In this document: piece by piece, positions 60,501-64,000 of the stretch
Position numbering within the stretch: the first letter of the stretch is position 1
How the letters are laid out: each line of letters starts with the position of its first letter
IMG/VR virus record: IMGVR_UViG_3300014050_000012
Coordinates: 1-64,000 of that record
Length of the DNA: 64,000 nucleotides
Source: a virus
Reading direction: 5' to 3' (one strand)
The notes under the pieces: model-generated
Told to the model about the DNA's origin: nothing
Database searches by the model: none
Seen by the model: only the letters and a program-made list of their open reading frames with translations
Made by a program: the position numbers and the translations under genes

Positions 60501-63500
60501 AAATGGATAGCCGATAATTATGAAACTTTAAAAGATAAAGTTGCCGCATCTGAAGGAATAGCCGGCGTTACCGAAGTCGAAAAATATGATCCTAAAGTTG
60601 CCAAAGAAACTGGATTATTATATGGCGGCGCTAATATTATGACACAAACAGCTACTGGATCCAAAAAATATATAGATGCAGATTCAGCTGGAGATATACG
60701 AGAGGGCGAAATTCTTGGACAAATTATGAATAGGCTTCAGTCTAATGATCCTAGTCTTGTTCACTCATTTGAAAATAGTTTTTTCGGTCAACAATCTTTT
60801 CCAAAAGGATCGGCTCTAAAATATGTTGGATCGTCGCCATTAATACCAGTAAATATTGAAACATTCGCTTCTGGTGGTAAGGCTGGACTAGCAGATGTTA
60901 ATAAAGTTGGAGAACAACTATCTAGTGATTTTAAATTAATGAAAGGAAAAAATGCATGGAATCAATTAGAAAATAATTGTTTAAGTATTGCTAATAAGGT
61001 ATCCGATATGTTTGGCTATGTTGTAGAACCAGATAAAATTAGACAACAACTTGATACTTTCCAAAAATTAAGACTTGGTAAAACTAGCGCATTTGGATTA
61101 AAGCCGACAGAAGAAGTATTAAAGAAAATGCCATCATTGAATAGAATGCTTAATAATCCAACTTTAGCTGCTAGTACTGGTAATATAGTAGTTAGAGAAG
61201 GCGAAGAAATGATGAAACATGTATCATTTGAACATATGAATAAGGAATATAATTTTGGAGCAGCTGGTCCTGACTGGCCCATAGTGTTAAGAATACCTTT
61301 AAAAAAGAAAGATGCTGAGCAAAAACGCTATGGAGGTATGCTTAATAAATTCACTTCGGGAGGAACCATACCAGCACTAGTAAGTAACGGTGAGGCTTAT
61401 GTGCCTCCGAAGCTTGCTAAACGCATTGGATATGGAACACTAAGTCGTATGAATATGGCCGATAAAAATGGCATGGGGAGATTTAGTGATGGTGGAATTA
61501 GTGTATTTAAGGGTCCAGGTAGTGGAACTAGTGATAGTATACCAACAAGTTTACCAGTAGGAAGTTTTATAATAAGAGAAAAGGCTACTAAAGCTTTGGG
61601 ATTAAATAAGGGTGGGAGCGTAGGCATTCAAAAATTTCAAGACGGAGGCGCCCCAACAAATAGCGGAGACCTATATTTTACCACCTTGTCATCTGCTCAA
61701 ATACAAGATATAGTTGGTAAAGGATCATCTAGAACAGGAATAGATGTTGAATCTTTAGATTTATTAACAAGATATGCTACAGATGCAGGCATGAGCATAG
61801 AAGATTTTTCTAGCGGACTAATAAGAGCTAGAGATACTGCAATTGAATCTGCTTTAGCACAAGGACAAAGTTTTAAAGAAGCAGCATTAGCTGGACAACA
61901 AGCTGCTATTGCGATGGCAGATATTCCAAATATACAAGTTACAGGAGAAAATCCGTTAGACGTACTAAGATCCTTAACAGCATCGTCCACTAGAGTACAA
62001 GCAAATGTCGAACAACGTAGAGAAATATTAAGTGATCCTGAAATTATTGCTGCTATTAATGAAACTAATGATTTAATGAGTAAACTAACTCCTGCTGAAC
62101 AATTTTCTGTTCAAACAGGAACCGGACCAATGACCCCACAAATGGAAGAAGCAGCAGCATCTAGAAGAAGACAAAAAAATATTGTTGGATATAAAATAGA
62201 AGAAAGACAAACTCAAGCCAATCAACCAGGATTTGTACCACCAACTATACAACAACCAACTAATTTAATGGATATTGATGGTATTAATAATCAATTGAAG
62301 GAAGCTCAAAATAATGCTGCATTATATGCGTCATCTCTTAGGGATCAAGCTAATGCTATTCGCGCACAACAAGAAATTACCATAGATCCTGGCACCTTTG
62401 CTGGATTAGAAGCTAAAGCACAAGCTCTAGAAGAAAAAGCAGCAGCAACCGAAAAAGCTTATCAAGATTTGGCAGATAGTACACAAGAGAGTGTGTCTTG
62501 GTTTGATACAGAATATCAGGCGGCTATAGATAGTATGAGAATACGAGCAGAGTCTGTAGCTAAAGCAACACAAGATGTTGAAAAAGCTATGGTAACAAGA
62601 GCTAAAGAAATAGCCTCTGCAAATCCAGAATTAACAGCTGAAGAAATTGGACAACAGATTAGCACAGAAAAAACAGGAATAGTAGCAGAAGCTAGGGCTC
62701 AACAAACAGAAGCCGAAACAAAATTTGGTAGAGCACAAAGTAGGGTTGATACACTAGCGGGCAAAGCTGGTGCTGGAGCAGATATTTTAGCGGCTGATAA
62801 TAAAGCTAAGGCAGAAGCACAAGCTAAAGCAGATGCTGAAAAAGCCTTAGAGGCTCGTAAACAACAAGCGCGTGACCTTGGGGCGAAACGTGCGGCTATT
62901 GCTGTACCAGAAAAAAGAGAGTACGAAACAGAACAAGAATTTAACGATAGACGACAAAAGGCAACAGAAAGATTTACCAGACAATCAGCACGAGAATTGG
63001 GTCTTAGTAAAACTAGATTTGTTAGCTCAAGACAAAAAAAAGCTATAGAAGAAGAAGAAGCTAAAAAAACTAAAGTTGAGAGAGAAAAAACAGATGTTGC
63101 TATTCAAAGCACAGATACTAAAGCTACACTATTATTAGTACAAGCTATTAATGCAAATACTGTAGCACAAACTGGTTCGGCAGATTCTGTGAAATCATTA
63201 ACCGAACAAACAAATGGTCTCATTGCTACAAATGAACAACTAACTAATGCAAAAAATGCTGATATTGAACAGGCTAATGCTTCTCCTGAGAGAAGCGACC
63301 TATCTAAAGACACCCTAAGAGAAATTCCATTCTTAGACAAACTTGAAACATTAGGATCAGCAGTTGGTGACTTTGCTAATAATTTTGCAGCATCTACTAC
63401 TGATATTGATGGCAATATTGGTAAATTTGGTAGTGTTCTTCAGGGCGGTGCTTCTAGATTAGAATCTGGTATCAAAAAACTAGCTGATGGTATCAGAAAT

Positions 63501-64000
63501 GCTAATACGGCATTTGCAGATACTAAAATAGGAAAGTTTGCGGATTCATTTAGTCAATATGGCACAGCAATAGGTACTGGTGTAACAAGCGTACTACAAT
63601 ATATGGCCGACCAATCTAATGGTTATGAAACACTAACAGGATCAATACTACAAGCAGGATCAACAATAGCTAGTACAGCAACCATATTCGGTACTTTTGG
63701 TGCTCAATTCGGTCCGCTTGGTGGATTATTGGGAACACTTGCTGGCGTAGGGGCTGGAGCAGTACAAAGCATAAGAGATTATGTAGAAGCTCAGAATAAG
63801 GCCGCGGCAGAATTGTTAGAGACACAACGAACAGATGCTTTAGAAAAAGCATCATCAGATATTGCTGTATTTTTAGATAATGTCAATCCGTCTGCGAAAG
63901 ATCTTGAAAGCGCTCTTAGTAATTTGGCTCAGGTAGTAAATATTGAAAAAGAACAAATGTCTACTAATACAGAAGCTAGCAGATATAAATCAACTTATGG
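54504..64000 (+). CDS. tape-measure protein (TP901-type core) with embedded multi-enzyme region; 3'-truncated, at least 3165 codons
   Basis: manual translation from ATG 54504 (MAAFNLTAQLNL...); core FDRELVRVSQVTG...LAQAGLSA...ETIATGLRTIFTRI; no stop found in the parts translated, and its absence from the ORF track is consistent with it running off the window. Confidence 0.88.
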   Translation, partial: MAAFNLTAQLNLVGPTNIRQIVGDIRKQLGTIKGTINVGIDPQSAKAIAQAQSQAAQLSSGLNNVAKSGNTAAAGMRDLNDAAAKNQLGSTAKNAASAADAATNLGKQSSRAAKDVKVLGNELAEFGRQSGLAIRRFAAFSLVSGVMYKLNSAINQALSQYIDFDRELVRVSQVTGKSVQELGSLVDEISSLAGSTGVASKELIQVSSTLAQAGLSAREAEQALKALALSANAPSFDNLNDTVEGSIALMRQFGIRANELESALGSINAVAAAFAVEASDLITAISRTGGVFASASRGVSEGTQALNEFIAVFTSVRATTRESAETIATGLRTIFTRIQRESTITALRELGVELRDVEGKFVGPYEAVRRLSEGLGQLDPRSQVFANIIEELGGFRQIGKVIPLIQQFATAEAALQVALKGGDSLAEANRQAQQSLAVQLAKTREEFVALVRDFANNSVFRGFLTTTISITKSILSLARAGKSLFPLLTILGGFKAFSAATQFAGGFLKGVRPTGGRPGGSASRGIGQNLGEVISGSKSERQSASLDKIAKVLESNAGNFNTSVSSLIQPITQLSTAIQQNIVSLTDNTGALTANTAAINNLTAALGMKGTTLAGGGKVLGFAKGGTVPGSGKGDKVPALLEPGEVVMSNRAVNKYGRGNLVNMNKRYFKGGIAQEKLQTLVEKSNSIKKYINDTINPDDEALTKIVPFRVDLDDNDFREMKQIMIDTERQRLRYLETYRDDPKANKQVQQRARSSKDPRTVVGFLGLKKPESHWGPGNAFQQHLIKRLNISPSDMPPNLGTPQEQFKDIIDEHYAVLDYQDGDAKFWKDLSYFDTQPGKIDILNKQFKNVVNNNQLKPKPTPNYELFTLPDTRVYYPEIGTKEQFMRDYAAFTTADYAKTHLPAGAYSIGGKIQKFAGGGEALQSKLSTIRTLLGEFYGNDEQLISKSISNSMIIDEARADKIIANLESSRSQLPLFRKLLSEKSSSVGVLNGFPIARYGAIGGIETMRFDELKDEETIREFIKRGKLATQASRGPVGKRIVYSDQKAARRRFAVGGTVEGIAAKEKKSIETVILEQLSSFGDASGVKKILGLGAGEREISSILNASNIRAGKNIEKAIKFINRALAKTGKQDAAREAKEAAMRKVAIAGLFPLDYNKDFSDWKLEDGREIYGYVRGFQSSFLPQIEAMQEANRATRQKFAEDIQDTAALGGLGNRNIQGPIQPLAIDFDETLALGTKMLKVNKEGKEEEDLPAYADRKKVMESLAQARPTSLAKRLASIEQKNPGYVRMYSRILTARPQSTADIIASTLNRFGLPYLEQDVTGVSQGLGTNIAKAKAANVAAAEKLIDDSEENIRATMAAGKSTFRYGEVPELKGPAEEKFGQSNIEGGLLEAALSQLLGYNINVDALERNRAIDFPQGLGRGAQLFGLPPNIETEVKRTLDGDSFSKAREEFSRYFTENPQAYAKGGAATFGSGSFKFPKRISNAYVREMEKLLEQEQMEKVFSTYPGNERMIVDEEAVKKGYESPFSRELFINSFKDKINRNTVFERMGQFARVIGLPPADLLSAIPTQLDFGVNYPATALFSKDPSGPGTRGLQGVDLTPYGYTEQDKQDLFGYTKLIEEKKKQILKTIKTPVTTYEDGSFGYDVALTEKLRAELDDLQKQQRSLIDKNNAAIKAAKESRLQSANQSGRGSVGIATNPFNTSQRQDYSILYHELTHQLFNSLRTKNAQSFEAYKAKVSSLFDGNNDDVADAFDTLVGNSGYNSADVAYGRSYKLNGLSSLMIGSAKKESFEKYVNSDPEYVPELRKTWAETNSTTKAKAFKPLNPRVNDVLLRGKISQDVIDKYEDNGKEEFLTTLVQKLPLLDENLSGILDSTLDELLGGAEISRQKFAIGGKVNLYHGSTTGIDDNQLKKFKEQGALSNIAQGYGQGAGFYVWTDKLTAIKHADMRIKAAKEGINSIMGGDTGGKGMILEFQESLDPSLWDLDYEISKGPVIKWIADNYETLKDKVAASEGIAGVTEVEKYDPKVAKETGLLYGGANIMTQTATGSKKYIDADSAGDIREGEILGQIMNRLQSNDPSLVHSFENSFFGQQSFPKGSALKYVGSSPLIPVNIETFASGGKAGLADVNKVGEQLSSDFKLMKGKNAWNQLENNCLSIANKVSDMFGYVVEPDKIRQQLDTFQKLRLGKTSAFGLKPTEEVLKKMPSLNRMLNNPTLAASTGNIVVREGEEMMKHVSFEHMNKEYNFGAAGPDWPIVLRIPLKKKDAEQKRYGGMLNKFTSGGTIPALVSNGEAYVPPKLAKRIGYGTLSRMNMADKNGMGRFSDGGISVFKGPGSGTSDSIPTSLPVGSFIIREKATKALGLNKGGSVGIQKFQDGGAPTNSGDLYFTTLSSAQIQDIVGKGSSRTGIDVESLDLLTRYATDAGMSIEDFSSGLIRARDTAIESALAQGQSFKEAALAGQQAAIAMADIPNIQVTGENPLDVLRSLTASSTRVQANVEQRREILSDPEIIAAINETNDLMSKLTPAEQFSVQTGTGPMTPQMEEAAASRRRQKNIVGYKIEERQTQANQPGFVPPTIQQPTNLMDIDGINNQLKEAQNNAALYASSLRDQANAIRAQQEITIDPGTFAGLEAKAQALEEKAAATEKAYQDLADSTQESVSWFDTEYQAAIDSMRIRAESVAKATQDVEKAMVTRAKEIASANPELTAEEIGQQISTEKTGIVAEARAQQTEAETKFGRAQSRVDTLAGKAGAGADILAADNKAKAEAQAKADAEKALEARKQQARDLGAKRAAIAVPEKREYETEQEFNDRRQKATERFTRQSARELGLSKTRFVSSRQKKAIEEEEAKKTKVEREKTDVAIQSTDTKATLLLVQAINANTVAQTGSADSVKSLTEQTNGLIATNEQLTNAKNADIEQANASPERSDLSKDTLREIPFLDKLETLGSAVGDFANNFAASTTDIDGNIGKFGSVLQGGASRLESGIKKLADGIRNANTAFADTKIGKFADSFSQYGTAIGTGVTSVLQYMADQSNGYETLTGSILQAGSTIASTATIFGTFGAQFGPLGGLLGTLAGVGAGAVQSIRDYVEAQNKAAAELLETQRTDALEKASSDIAVFLDNVNPSAKDLESALSNLAQVVNIEKEQMSTNTEASRYKSTY

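Noticed and set aside
55040-63855. Short ORFs listed across the TMP region (mostly minus strand, plus 57097..57297 in another + frame)
   Set aside because: Shadow ORFs of the long + strand frame starting at 54504.
1-64000. tRNA/rRNA genes, integrase, tail sheath, alternative genetic code
   Set aside because: None recognised; long ORFs are intact under the standard code with TAA, TAG and TGA all used as stops.

Overview
This window is a segment of a large tailed dsDNA phage genome (Caudoviricetes, probably a siphovirus: tail tube and tape-measure genes are present, no sheath gene was recognised). It has three zones. (1) 1-3500 is more GC-rich and holds tiny leftward ORFs, most with their own sigma70-like promoter. 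These are interleaved with sigma54 (-24/-12) promoters, IHF-like boxes, enhancer-like palindromes and a thrice-repeated ~80-bp element. (2) 3500-54500 is AT-rich: a phage sigma factor, gmd, HNH and ERCC4 nucleases, an intein-containing large terminase, portal, protease/scaffold, capsid, many fibre/adhesin genes (one of 3708 aa), three Cys-rich paralogues, a sulfotransferase plus HAD pair, and neck and tail-tube genes. A recurrent GGTGTA(T/G)W late-promoter motif precedes many of these genes. (3) 54504 to beyond 64000 is an unfinished ORF of at least 3165 codons that the ORF track omits; it starts as a TP901-type tape-measure protein. The most striking observation is in this ORF. About 1750 aa in its middle form a string of enzyme-like domains: HAD phosphatase, PD-(D/E)xK-like, HExxH zincin, ADP-ribosyltransferase-like and a PPPDE/DeSI-like Cys peptidase. 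The modules holding them are delimited by repeated [F/Y/L]xxGG motifs, suggesting a self-processing, injected effector polyprotein. All functional calls come from motif recognition by eye and manual translation; no database searches were run.
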